A DNA stretch of 25,447 bases, taken from contig JAQCIU010000042.1 of assembly GCA_027593235.1 (NCBI GenBank), positions 1-25,447 on the forward strand, in the 5' to 3' direction. The translations under genes were made by a program, and so were the position numbers. The notes under the pieces were generated by a model, which saw nothing but the letters and a program-made list of their open reading frames with translations, was not told the DNA's origin and made no database searches. The DNA comes from Chloroflexota bacterium. Its GTDB lineage: Bacteria > Chloroflexota > Dehalococcoidia > UBA2979. How positions within the stretch are numbered: the stretch's first letter is position 1; every line of letters begins with the position of its first letter. Below are positions 8,547 through 19,823 of this stretch, piece by piece.

Positions 8547-9518
8547 ATGGCAACTGACTATTACCGCGTCTTGGGTGTACCGCGCAGTGCCTCCGACAAG
8601 GAGATCAAGGCCGCGTTCCGGAAGTTGGCACGCCAGTTCCATCCGGATGTAAATCCGGGCGATAAGGCCGCTGAAGATCGCTTCAAGGAGATCTCCCAGG
8701 CGAACGAGGTGCTGTCCGACACGAAGACGCGCGCCGCGTACGACAAGTACGGCGACCAGTGGCAACACGCCGATCAGATCGAGCAGGCCCAGCGACGGCA
8801 GGGCGGCGGCGGCTTCCCTGGTGCGAGCGCAGGTCCCGGCGGGCAAACGTTCACCTTTGAGGGCGACCTGAGCGACCTCTTCGGCGGCGGCGGTGCTGGT
8901 GGTCCGGGTGCGGGCGCCGCCGGTGGCGGGCTCTTCGACAGCCTGTTCCGCCGCTCGAACGGGCGGCAGAAGGGCCAGGACCTCGAGCACACGGTGAGTG
9001 TGACCCTCAACGAGGCGTACAGCGGCGCGAAGCGGACAGTGCAACTGTCCTCGGGCGGTGGCGTGGCGAGCCGGATCGAGGTGGAGGTGCCCGCCGGCGT
9101 GGCGGATGGCCAGCGCATCCGGATCGCCGGCAAGGGCGGACCGGGGATGCAGGGCGGGTCGGCCGGCGACCTGTTCCTGCGCGTGCGGGTGCAGCCACAT
9201 CCAAAGTTCCGACGCGATGGCGACGACCTGCGGGTCGTGGTGGACGTGCCGGTCGCCGACGCGGCGCTTGGTGGCGAGGTGCACGTGCCGACGTTGAAGG
9301 GCAAGGCGCTGGCGCTGCGCGTTCCCGCCGAGACGCAGGCCGGCAAGGTATTTCGCCTATCCGGCCAGGGCATGCCAAAGCGAGACGGCAAGGGCTTCGG
9401 CGATCTGTTCGCCGAGGCACGGCTGGTGATCCCGGAGCGGTTGAGCCGCGAACAGCGTGACGTGTTCGAAATGCTGCGCGCGACACAACGTCGCGAGCGC
9501 GCCGAGACCGGGGACTAG
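8547..9518 (+). CDS. Class B J-domain co-chaperone (CbpA/DnaJ-like, no zinc finger)
   Basis: [12 protein letters not shown]-domain, G/F-rich linker, DnaJ C-terminal domain, and no CxxCxGxG repeats. Confidence 0.95.
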   Translation: MATDYYRVLGVPRSASDKEIKAAFRKLARQFHPDVNPGDKAAEDRFKEISQANEVLSDTKTRAAYDKYGDQWQHADQIEQAQRRQGGGGFPGASAGPGGQTFTFEGDLSDLFGGGGAGGPGAGAAGGGLFDSLFRRSNGRQKGQDLEHTVSVTLNEAYSGAKRTVQLSSGGGVASRIEVEVPAGVADGQRIRIAGKGGPGMQGGSAGDLFLRVRVQPHPKFRRDGDDLRVVVDVPVADAALGGEVHVPTLKGKALALRVPAETQAGKVFRLSGQGMPKRDGKGFGDLFAEARLVIPERLSREQRDVFEMLRATQRRERAETGD

Positions 9519-9526
9519 GGGTTCAG

Positions 9527-9904
9527 ATGCGAGGCGACGACGAACTGATCCCACAGCACGAGCCAGTGTTCCAGATCTCGATCGTGTCGAGGATGATCGG
9601 CCTGCATCAGCAGACGATCCGCTCGTACGAGCGGGTCGGGCTGGTGAAACCGCATCGGACGGGCGGTAACACGCGGCTCTATTCCCACGCGGACGTCGAG
9701 CGACTGCGCACGGTGACGCGTCTGGTCAACGATCTCGGCGTGAACCTCGCCGGTGTCGACGTGATTCTGCGGATGACACGCCAGATCGAGGAATTGCACC
9801 AGCACGTGGAACAGATGACGGCGCAACTCCGCCGGGTCGAGCAGCAGCTCGCTGCCACGACCGGCGGCGACGGTGCCCCGCGCGGGAACGAACGATCGCG
9901 CTAG
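9527..9904 (+). CDS. hspR: MerR-family heat-shock repressor HspR
   Basis: ISIVSRMIGLHQQTIRSYERVGLVKP.RT.GNTRLYS..D, LGVNLAGV, C-terminal coiled coil, and chaperone context. Confidence 0.88.
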   Translation: MRGDDELIPQHEPVFQISIVSRMIGLHQQTIRSYERVGLVKPHRTGGNTRLYSHADVERLRTVTRLVNDLGVNLAGVDVILRMTRQIEELHQHVEQMTAQLRRVEQQLAATTGGDGAPRGNERSR

Positions 9905-9976
9905 CCGATCGCGGGACCGCCTGGCGCGGCCACTCAACCCGACCGAACTGACCGACTGAAACGGGGGACCCCCGAA

Positions 9977-12436
<2,460 letters not shown>

Positions 12437-12439
<3 letters not shown>

Positions 12440-12451
12440 GCCTTCGGCTCA
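12437..12451 (+). terminator. cUUCGg tetraloop hairpin overlapping the clpC stop
   Basis: TGAGC-CTTCGG-GCTCA-like stem (tgagccttcggctca), with further hairpins in the convergent gap. No U-tract. Confidence 0.3.
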
Positions 12452-12596
12452 CCTCGATGCTTCGCGCTTGTTGACGCAAGGGTTCGGGCGTGGGAGACGA
12501 CCGTCCGTCACGCCTCGATTGCGTCGCGTGCAGGTGGAGAGAGGCCCCGACGGGTCCCTCTTTCGATCTCGAGGGCAGCTCGGATCGGGAGCCGCG

Positions 12597-13847
12597 CTAG
12601 CGATCGGCCTCGGACGTTCGGAGCGGGACAGGAGTATCTACGGGCGGCGGAAGGCGGTCGGCACGGAGCCAGAGGAGGAGCGTGGCGCCTGCGGCGACGA
12701 GGATGAGCAGGGCCGCGAGGGCGAAGGCGAGGCGGAGCGAGCTGTCACCCGCGACGCCGGCGAGCGGCGCCATCACCGCGAAGAGCAGCGCGTTGCCGAA
12801 CGGCCCGACGGACAGGACCGTCGCGCGGACGTCCGAGGTGGCACGGGTGTTGATGTACGAGCTGACCGTCGGGCCGAGCACGCCGTGCGCGAGCTGCGGG
12901 AGCGCGAAGGCGGCGAGCGCAACGACGTGGTCGACGGACGCGAGCACGAGCAGGCCCGAGACGACGGCGGCGAGCGCCGCGACGGCGATGTTCCGGATGC
13001 CGAACCGCCGCAGGATGCGGCCGCTGAGCAGCGATCCGGCCGCGGCAGCCAGTTCGATCGGGACGACGAGCACCCCGAGCCAGACCAGCGAGACGCCGTG
13101 CTGGCGGAGGAAGGGCTGGAAGAGCAGGAACTGGACCGGCATCACCATCACGAGCGCGGTCTCGAACAGGATGATGTACCGCAGCGCCGGGCGATCGCGC
13201 AGCAGCCGCCAGGCAGCTCCGAGGGTGCCTCGGTAGGAGCTGACGCCGCTGCTGCTGGTGCGCGGCGGCTCGCGCATGAACAGCAGCGCGGGAGAGGCGA
13301 CGACGAAAGTGACGAATCCGGCGAAGGCGGCGACCTGGAGGTTAGTGAGGCCGGCGAGGACGCCACCGAGGATGGCGCCGCCGGACGTGGCGAAGCGGAG
13401 CACCGCGTGCAAGCGGCCGAAGCGCTCGGCGTACTCCTGGGTCCGACCGTTCGCGGCGAGAGCGTCGTAGAGGAAGGCGCCGTCGTTACCGGAACGGAAC
13501 GCGATGCCACTGGCCCAGAGGACATAGGAGAGCCACAGCAAGGGGAACGTATCCGCGAGGGCGAAGATGAGGACGCCGGTGCCCTCGACGGTGACGCCAA
13601 CGACGAACCCAGCGCGACGACCGAAGCGATCCGAGAAGGCCCCGGACGGGATCTCGAACGCGAGGCTGACGAGCCAGAAGGCGCCTTCCATCAGACCGAC
13701 CTGCGACAGCGAGATGTCGCGGAACTCGGTGAGATAGACCACCCAAATCGCGACGTGGGGCTGAACGCTCAGCGTGGCGAGCAGTGCAGTGAGCACGCGC
13801 ACCTGGCGGGGCGAGTCGTACTCGGGCGCGTGTGCGACGTCAGCCAT
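12597..13847 (-). CDS. MFS transporter
   Basis: About 12 hydrophobic segments, motif A EIPSGAFSDRFGRR, SG..GAFLYD, RATVLS. Confidence 0.92.
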   Translation of the reverse strand: MADVAHAPEYDSPRQVRVLTALLATLSVQPHVAIWVVYLTEFRDISLSQVGLMEGAFWLVSLAFEIPSGAFSDRFGRRAGFVVGVTVEGTGVLIFALADTFPLLWLSYVLWASGIAFRSGNDGAFLYDALAANGRTQEYAERFGRLHAVLRFATSGGAILGGVLAGLTNLQVAAFAGFVTFVVASPALLFMREPPRTSSSGVSSYRGTLGAAWRLLRDRPALRYIILFETALVMVMPVQFLLFQPFLRQHGVSLVWLGVLVVPIELAAAAGSLLSGRILRRFGIRNIAVAALAAVVSGLLVLASVDHVVALAAFALPQLAHGVLGPTVSSYINTRATSDVRATVLSVGPFGNALLFAVMAPLAGVAGDSSLRLAFALAALLILVAAGATLLLWLRADRLPPPVDTPVPLRTSEADR

Positions 13848-13885
13848 GGGCAACCCGATACAGCGGCGGCGCCGCGCCGTAGGCG

Positions 13886-14815
13886 TTAGCGCGCGCCGTG
13901 ACCGTCTCCGAACGGCGCGTCACGCCAGGCGAGCGCTTCCTTCAGGCCTCGCTCCTGTGAGATGCGGCCGAATTCACCGAACGACGGCGTCTCGTGATAG
14001 ATCGCGTCGAACTCGGCGCCCTCAGCCGCGGCCGTGCGAAGGCCGGCGATCTCGAACCAGCGATTCGTGACGTGCTTGTGGATGGAAAGGGCATCCAGGG
14101 GAAGCTTCGCGACGCGCTCGCAGAACGCGAGCGTGCGCTCCTCGAGTTCCTCGCGCGGGACGGCGTGGTTGATCATGCCGATCCGTTCGGCCTCGGTGCC
14201 GTCGATCATGTCACCGGTAAACAGCAGTTCCTTGGTTTTGAGCATGCCGATCTTCGCCGGCCACATGCCGAGCGTGGGCGGAATGCCGAGGGCACGCGAG
14301 GCGGGGTGTCCGAAGCGGGCGTCTTCCGCGGCAAAGACGATGTCACAGGCGCCGATCAGCTCACCGCCACCAGCCAGGCAGTAGCCGTGGACCTGGGCAA
14401 CAATCGGCTTGCGGTAGGACCACATCCAGAGCCAGCGGTTCACCGACTCACGGAGGCCTTCGCGGTCGACGGCGACGCGCGACTCACCCAGCTCCCAGGC
14501 GTTCGTACCGCGATCCTCGGCCGCCGGCGCCGTCGGGTCGTGGCCGGCGGGGACCCGGCCTCTCGCCTCGTCCTCTTGATCCGACGCCCCGGCGCGACGC
14601 CGGGGCGTCAGGTCGTAGCCGGCGCAGAAGGCGCGACCTTCGGCTTTGAGACGGATCACGCGGACGGCGTCACCTGGGCTCAAGGCACGAAGTGCCGCCT
14701 CCAGGTCATCGCGCAGGTCCTCGCTGATCGCGTTTAGCTTCTCGGGGCGGTTCAAGGTGATCGTGGCCACACCGGAGGGGGCGGTTTCAACGAGGATGTT
14801 CTGGTAGTCGGGCAT
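13886..14815 (-). CDS. Crotonase/enoyl-CoA hydratase-isomerase family protein
   Basis: ITLNRPEKLNA, AFCAGYDL, KPIVAQVHGYCLAGGGEL..ACD, AERIGMIN. SD GAAGG. Confidence 0.93.
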   Translation of the reverse strand: MPDYQNILVETAPSGVATITLNRPEKLNAISEDLRDDLEAALRALSPGDAVRVIRLKAEGRAFCAGYDLTPRRRAGASDQEDEARGRVPAGHDPTAPAAEDRGTNAWELGESRVAVDREGLRESVNRWLWMWSYRKPIVAQVHGYCLAGGGELIGACDIVFAAEDARFGHPASRALGIPPTLGMWPAKIGMLKTKELLFTGDMIDGTEAERIGMINHAVPREELEERTLAFCERVAKLPLDALSIHKHVTNRWFEIAGLRTAAAEGAEFDAIYHETPSFGEFGRISQERGLKEALAWRDAPFGDGHGAR

Positions 14816-14972
14816 GGCGAGCCTTCCTTCGGTGATCCGAGGCCCCGCGCGGAATTCGGCTGGCGCGGTGTGGCGCGATCAGGGGTGCGGGTTGCTCCCC
14901 ACCGGTAGCGGTCGGGATAATCAATCCGCGCGTCGGCGCAGTCTACCCCCCACCCAGGCCACCGGAGGACAC

Positions 14973-15752
14973 GTGGGAAGTAACCGCAGGCTACGGCGCC
15001 GTACTGGGAACCAGTCAGCAAGCGGTGGCCCGCCGCGCAACGCCGCCCCACCAAAGTCGGGCTTGCGGCAGACCATCGACTCGTGGGGCGGGTTCACCGT
15101 CATCGGATCGCTCGGGGCCGCGCTTGTGGTCGTCGTGATCCTGGTGGTCGTCAACCTGCCGGGCTCAAGCGTTGGCGATGGCGAATGGACGCCGGTCGAG
15201 CGGACGCAGGTGAGTGGGCGCGTCGAGGGCAGTCCGACCGCGCCCGTGCGGATCATCGAGTTCGCGGACTTCCAGTGCCCCTTCTGCCGGGACTTCGCCG
15301 AAGAGATTGAGCCGACGCTGTTGGATGAGTACATCGAGACCGGCAAGGCATCGCTGGAGTACCAGTACTTCGCGTTCATCGGCCCAGAGTCGACCGGCGC
15401 CGCCGCTGCCGCCGAGTGCGCGAGCGATCAGGGCCGGTTCTGGGACTACCACGACATCCTCTACCTGCGTCAGGGCGACGAAAACCGCGGCGCGTTCTCA
15501 AGCGGCAATCTGAAGGATTTCGCCCGCGAACTGCAGGCGGTCTTTGGGGACTTCGATCTCGATGAGTTCGACCAGTGCGTCGACTCCGATCGGCACAAGG
15601 CCGAGGTGGAATCGATGCGCGCGGACGCGGCGGCGCTGGGTATCAGCTCGACGCCGAGCTTCCTGATCAACGGCGTGCCGTTCTCCAACTCCTCCGACGT
15701 GCAGACATTCCGCACTGCGCTGGATGCGGCGCTGGCCGCCGCGGGATCCTAG
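14973..15752 (+). CDS. Membrane-anchored DsbA/BdbD-like thiol-disulfide oxidoreductase
   Basis: GTG after SD GGAGG, N-terminal TM helix, EFADFQCPFC, AAECA.DQGRFW.YHD, STPSF.ING (cis-Pro loop). Confidence 0.92.
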   Translation: MGSNRRLRRRTGNQSASGGPPRNAAPPKSGLRQTIDSWGGFTVIGSLGAALVVVVILVVVNLPGSSVGDGEWTPVERTQVSGRVEGSPTAPVRIIEFADFQCPFCRDFAEEIEPTLLDEYIETGKASLEYQYFAFIGPESTGAAAAAECASDQGRFWDYHDILYLRQGDENRGAFSSGNLKDFARELQAVFGDFDLDEFDQCVDSDRHKAEVESMRADAAALGISSTPSFLINGVPFSNSSDVQTFRTALDAALAAAGS

Positions 15753-15934
15753 GCGCGGCGCCCTTGAGGGTTCCCTGGTCACCACGATAGGGCCAGCCGG
15801 GAACTCTCGACGGGCGCTCCGTGCGCGACACCGAGGGTGGTCCCAGCATTCGGGCGCACGTATGATCGCGCCGACCTCGCCAGTCCCGATCTCGCGACGC
15901 GAGTCGAGACCGGTCAATTGCCAGGAGGACGTCC

Positions 15935-16306
15935 GTGGTTGATGTAACCGCCGAGCCGGTGTCCGCGTACCAGTTCGACGCGGAGACGAAGACGATGACG
16001 CTGGGGTTCAGCGACCTCTACATCGTCTCGACCCTGAACACCGACGTCTTCGCGCTGAACCTAAACACGTGGGAGGGCCCGCCCCCCTACTACCTGGACA
16101 TCGAGGGCCGCGTGTTCTCGCTGCAGCCGGGGAACACCTACCTGGTGACGGGGCACGGAGCGCAGCTCCCAGAGTGGATTCAGGCCGAGGACGCCGAGGG
16201 CCGGCTGACGGTGCTCGGCGAGCGCGGCGGACGGTACATGGTCTACAGCCACGACACCATGGCCGTTGACGAGGACGAAGAGGGCGACGGCGAGACCGCC
16301 GAGTAG
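15935..16306 (+). CDS. Hypothetical acidic protein
   Basis: SD AGGAGG plus GTG, upstream TATGAT at 15861, GC3-rich codons. Confidence 0.8.
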   Translation: MVDVTAEPVSAYQFDAETKTMTLGFSDLYIVSTLNTDVFALNLNTWEGPPPYYLDIEGRVFSLQPGNTYLVTGHGAQLPEWIQAEDAEGRLTVLGERGGRYMVYSHDTMAVDEDEEGDGETAE

Positions 16307-16327
16307 CCGTCCTTCCACCCAATCAGT

Positions 16328-16840
16328 TCACCGGTAGTGCGCGACCAGTTCTGTTAGTAGTTGCTGCTCCGTCTCGTCGCTGAGCGGCGGCGTCTCCATC
16401 ACCAGCGCATCCTCGCCGTCGTCGCGGTAGTACTTGCGCAGCCGGCCAAGGTGACGGAATCCGAACCGCGTGTAGAGCGCCTGCGCCCCGAGGTTGGACT
16501 CGCGTACCTCGAGTACGAGCGACGGCATCTCCGCCTCGCCCGCAAGTTCGAAGCACTTCAGGAGTAGTCGGGCGGCGATGCCGGAGCGCTGAAACGGTGG
16601 ATCGACGGCGATCGTCACGACGTGCACCTGATCGCGCATGAACCAGACGCCGGCGAAGCCGATCACCCGCTGGTCTGGTGCCTCGAACACGACATAGCTG
16701 GAAAAGCCGTTGAGGAGCTCATCCTCCAGCGTGCGCCGAGACCAGGCGTCAGTACCGTAGGCCTCCAGCTCGATGGCGCGTACGGCATCGAGATCCGCCT
16801 CCGTCATCGGTCGAATCACACCGGCTGCCAGGCCGGTCAT
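16328..16840 (-). CDS. rimI: RimI-like N-acetyltransferase (GNAT)
   Basis: IRPMTEADL, TIAVDP.FQRSGIA, LEVRESN.GAQALY..FGF, RKYY.DDGEDALVM. Confidence 0.9.
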   Translation of the reverse strand: MTGLAAGVIRPMTEADLDAVRAIELEAYGTDAWSRRTLEDELLNGFSSYVVFEAPDQRVIGFAGVWFMRDQVHVVTIAVDPPFQRSGIAARLLLKCFELAGEAEMPSLVLEVRESNLGAQALYTRFGFRHLGRLRKYYRDDGEDALVMETPPLSDETEQQLLTELVAHYR

Positions 16841-17085
16841 CGAGGGCTGGCTCGCTCCGCCTCGTGATCGAAGTAATCGCGGAAGCGGCGTGCCATCCAA
16901 CCGGGAATGGAGCCTCGAGAGTCGTGCGCCATCCACTCGATGTCCTTCAGTTCGCCGCAATCGCAGAGCTCGACGGCGACGATCTTCTCGGGGACGCGGT
17001 CGGGCCAATCGAGTGCGCGGGCGGTCATATGCAGGACGTCCGGTTCGCGGGTGAAATGGAACTTGTGCTGATGGGTGTCTGGCAT
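16837..17085 (-). CDS. Small hypothetical protein (82 aa), HxH..CxCG
   Basis: SD GAAGGGAG, and its stop overlaps the rimI start (ATGA). Confidence 0.75.
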   Translation of the reverse strand: MPDTHQHKFHFTREPDVLHMTARALDWPDRVPEKIVAVELCDCGELKDIEWMAHDSRGSIPGWMARRFRDYFDHEAERASPR

Positions 17086-17212
17086 CGGCGACTCCCTTCG
17101 GGTGGCCGGTCCAGCCGATCATAGCTCGCCGCACGACCGCCGATCGGACCTCGGAGTCGGGCGCGCGACAGGGAGTGCCGAGGCGGGATGGCACCTGGGC
17201 GCGTTTCGACTC

Positions 17213-17226
17213 CGAACGTCCGTTCT
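17213..17226. promoter_or_regulatory. LexA (SOS) box upstream of ruvB
   Basis: cGAAC-gtcc-GTTCt matches the GAAC-N4-GTTC motif and lies just upstream of a -10-like TGcAATACT (17226-17234). Confidence 0.75.
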
Positions 17227-17281
17227 GCAATACTCGACGCCGGATGCTCGGCAAGACCGGCCCGGCGTCAGGAGGACGCGC

Positions 17282-18331
17282 ATGGCGGATCGCGATGGAC
17301 CGTTGAACCCGGCACCGACCGAGGACGACGTCGCCGAAGCGACGTTGCGACCGCGTCACCTGGAAGAGTACTTCGGCCAGGAGCGGATCAAGGAGAGCCT
17401 GCGGATCGCGATTGAGGCGGCACGCGGCCGCGGCGATTCGCTCGATCACCTGCTGTTCCACGGCCCACCCGGACTCGGCAAGACCACGCTAGCGATGATC
17501 GTCGCGTCCGAGATGGGCGTGTCGATCCGCATCACCTCCGGGCCGGCAATCGAACGCGCCGGCGACCTGGCGTCGCTGCTGACGAGCCTGCAAGCAGGCG
17601 ACATCCTGTTCATCGACGAGATCCACCGGCTGCCGATGGCGGTCGAGGAGGTCCTGTACCCCGCGATGGAGGACTACTCAGTCGACATCATCCTGGGAAA
17701 GGGTCCCAAGGCACGCGACGTCCGCCTGAAGCTCAACCGATTCACGCTCGTCGGCGCGACGACGCGTTATGCGCGGGTGTCACAACCGCTGCGTGATCGC
17801 TTCGGCACCGCGTTCCGGATGGAGTTCTACGACGAAGACGCGCTGAGCCAGATCGTGCGTCGATCCGCCGCTGTCCTCGGCTGCAAGATCGACGAGGGCG
17901 GCGTGGCGCAGATCGCGCGGCGCTCGCGCGGCACTGCGCGGATTGCGAACCGGCTGCTCCGGCGCGTACGCGACTTCGCCGAGGTGCGGGCCGATGGGAT
18001 TTTGACCGCGCCGGTCGCTGATGCGGCGCTCGCGCAACTCGACATCGACTCGCTGGGCCTCGATCAGATGGACCGCGAGCTGATGGGTGCGATGGCCCAC
18101 CGCTTCGACGGCGGGCCCGTCGGCCTGGAGACGTTGGCAGCGGCGATCTCCGAGGAGTCCGACACCATCATGGACGTCTACGAACCGTACCTGCTCAAGC
18201 TGGGCTTCCTCATGCGCACGCCTCGCGGGCGGGTGCTGACACCGGCGGGGTACGCGCATCTGGGTCTCGATCCGGAGGCGCGCATCGCGCAGGTAGCGCT
18301 GTTCGGCCTCGGGAATGACGACTCGCAGTGA
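17282..18331 (+). CDS. ruvB: Holliday junction branch-migration helicase RuvB
   Basis: [50 protein letters not shown]...RTPRGR. SD AGGAGG. Confidence 0.98.
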   Translation: MADRDGPLNPAPTEDDVAEATLRPRHLEEYFGQERIKESLRIAIEAARGRGDSLDHLLFHGPPGLGKTTLAMIVASEMGVSIRITSGPAIERAGDLASLLTSLQAGDILFIDEIHRLPMAVEEVLYPAMEDYSVDIILGKGPKARDVRLKLNRFTLVGATTRYARVSQPLRDRFGTAFRMEFYDEDALSQIVRRSAAVLGCKIDEGGVAQIARRSRGTARIANRLLRRVRDFAEVRADGILTAPVADAALAQLDIDSLGLDQMDRELMGAMAHRFDGGPVGLETLAAAISEESDTIMDVYEPYLLKLGFLMRTPRGRVLTPAGYAHLGLDPEARIAQVALFGLGNDDSQ

Positions 18332-18723
18332 GCGAGCGGACGCGCGTCTCTTCGGGCGGGCCGTGGGAAGACCGAGTCGGCTACTCGCGCGCGGTGCGCG
18401 TGGGCGATCGCGTCTGGGTCTCGGGAACGACCGGGACGCAGAACGACGGCACGGTGCCGACCGGCACCGAAGCGCAGGCGCGACTGGCCCTCGATACGAT
18501 CGAGCAGGCGCTGATCGAGGCCGGGGCATCGATCGCGGACGTCGTCGCGGTGCGAACGTACGTCATCGACATCAACGAGTGGGAGCGCGTGGCCGACGCC
18601 CTGCGCGATCGGTTCAACGACGTCCGACCAGCGATGACGATGGTCGAGGTCGCCCGGCTGCTCTTACCCGCGCATCGCGTGGAGATCGAGGTCGAGGCGG
18701 CGATCAGCTCCGGCGGCGAATGA
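18328..18723 (+). CDS. Rid (YjgF/YER057c/UK114) family protein, Rid6-like
   Basis: [43 protein letters not shown] overlap with ruvB. Confidence 0.9.
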   Translation: MSERTRVSSGGPWEDRVGYSRAVRVGDRVWVSGTTGTQNDGTVPTGTEAQARLALDTIEQALIEAGASIADVVAVRTYVIDINEWERVADALRDRFNDVRPAMTMVEVARLLLPAHRVEIEVEAAISSGGE

Positions 18724-19129
18724 TCGCGTACGTCGCCCGGCCCACCGCGATGGCCGTGCCATCCTCGGCAGTCACTTCGACCGCGACGAAGGCGAGCGAG
18801 CGGCTGCTCCGCAGCACGGTGGACTCAGCGACCACGTCGCCGGTGGCGGCGTTCAGGAACGTGACGTTCATATCCGTGGTGGCCTGACCGGTCCACGTGT
18901 CGTCGTCCGGCTGGCGAAGCGTCGAGGTGGCGGCGCCGGCGGCAGCGTCGATCAGCGAGGCGATCGCGCCGCCGTGCATCACGTCCGCGCGACGAGTCCC
19001 CAGCGCGTCACGCATCGGGAGACGAAGCCGCACCTGGCCGCGCTCCGCCCCATCGACCACGATGCCGAGCGTCGTCCAATAGGCGACGCTGTCGGGCGCG
19101 ATCAGCTCGAGGAAGGTCGGGTCGGTCAC
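18704..19129 (-). CDS. PaaI-family hotdog thioesterase
   Basis: VMHGGAIASLIDAAAG, TTDMNVTFL. GTGA overlap with the upstream gene. Confidence 0.92.
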   Translation of the reverse strand: MTDPTFLELIAPDSVAYWTTLGIVVDGAERGQVRLRLPMRDALGTRRADVMHGGAIASLIDAAAGAATSTLRQPDDDTWTGQATTDMNVTFLNAATGDVVAESTVLRSSRSLAFVAVEVTAEDGTAIAVGRATYAIIRRRS

Positions 19130-19716
19130 ACAAACCGTTCCGGTTCCGGGGCTTGATCGACCTCGGGAGCGGGTGCCGATTCCTCGCTAGCTGGCGGGGC
19201 CTCAGACGGCTCGGCTGCCTCGGCAGGCGGCGTCGCGGGCGCTGCGCCGGTGGGCGGAGGCTGATCGGCCGCCACGATGTTGCGCGGGCGGCGGGCGACT
19301 TCCCCGATCTCATTGGCTGCGCGGCGCGCGGCGTCGGCTGCGATCGAGGCGGCTTCGCCCAGGCGATCCGCGGCGTCACGCAGCGCCTCGGTAATTTCGT
19401 CGATCACCGGCGTTGCGCCTGCGGGCGAGGCTGTGGCAGGCGCGTCGCCAGCGGGCGGCGTGGCGCCGGCCTCGGTGACGGGCGAGCCGGAAGCTGCTGG
19501 AGGGACCGCCGCGGACGCGCGTTCGCCGCGCGGGACAATCAGCCAGGCGGCGACGTAGAGGAGGACGCCAGGGATGACGCCGGTCGCGAGTGTGGCGAGT
19601 GCGGCGACGATGCGCAGCAGCGTGGGGTCCCAGGCGTAGCGAGCGGCCACGCCGGACAGTACTCCCCCAAGCATCGCGTCATCGAGGTTGCGTGTGATCC
19701 GGGTCTTCGTTGGCAT
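19126..19716 (-). CDS. PspC-domain membrane protein
   Basis: R..DDAMLGGVLSGVA..Y.WDPTLLRI and LLYVAAWLIVP, then a Pro/Ala-rich tail. SD GGAGGA. Confidence 0.88.
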   Translation of the reverse strand: MPTKTRITRNLDDAMLGGVLSGVAARYAWDPTLLRIVAALATLATGVIPGVLLYVAAWLIVPRGERASAAVPPAASGSPVTEAGATPPAGDAPATASPAGATPVIDEITEALRDAADRLGEAASIAADAARRAANEIGEVARRPRNIVAADQPPPTGAAPATPPAEAAEPSEAPPASEESAPAPEVDQAPEPERFV

Positions 19717-19823
19717 CTGGTCCTCCGCCGCGGTGGGGCGCATCTGAATCGTACCGCGTCGTGTCGAGCCCTCTACCAGGAGCGCGCCCAGTCGAGGTCA
19801 ATCGTGACGATGGTGCGCCCTCG

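Noticed and set aside
16328-17461. 377-aa extended RimI, and similar N-terminal extensions of prs, ruvB, dsbA and the ABC subunit in the ORF track
   Set aside because: The extensions overlap other genes or promoters, and SD-supported starts lie downstream.
18704-18723. 20-nt convergent overlap of Rid and PaaI genes
   Set aside because: Short tail-to-tail overlaps are common in compact GC-rich genomes.
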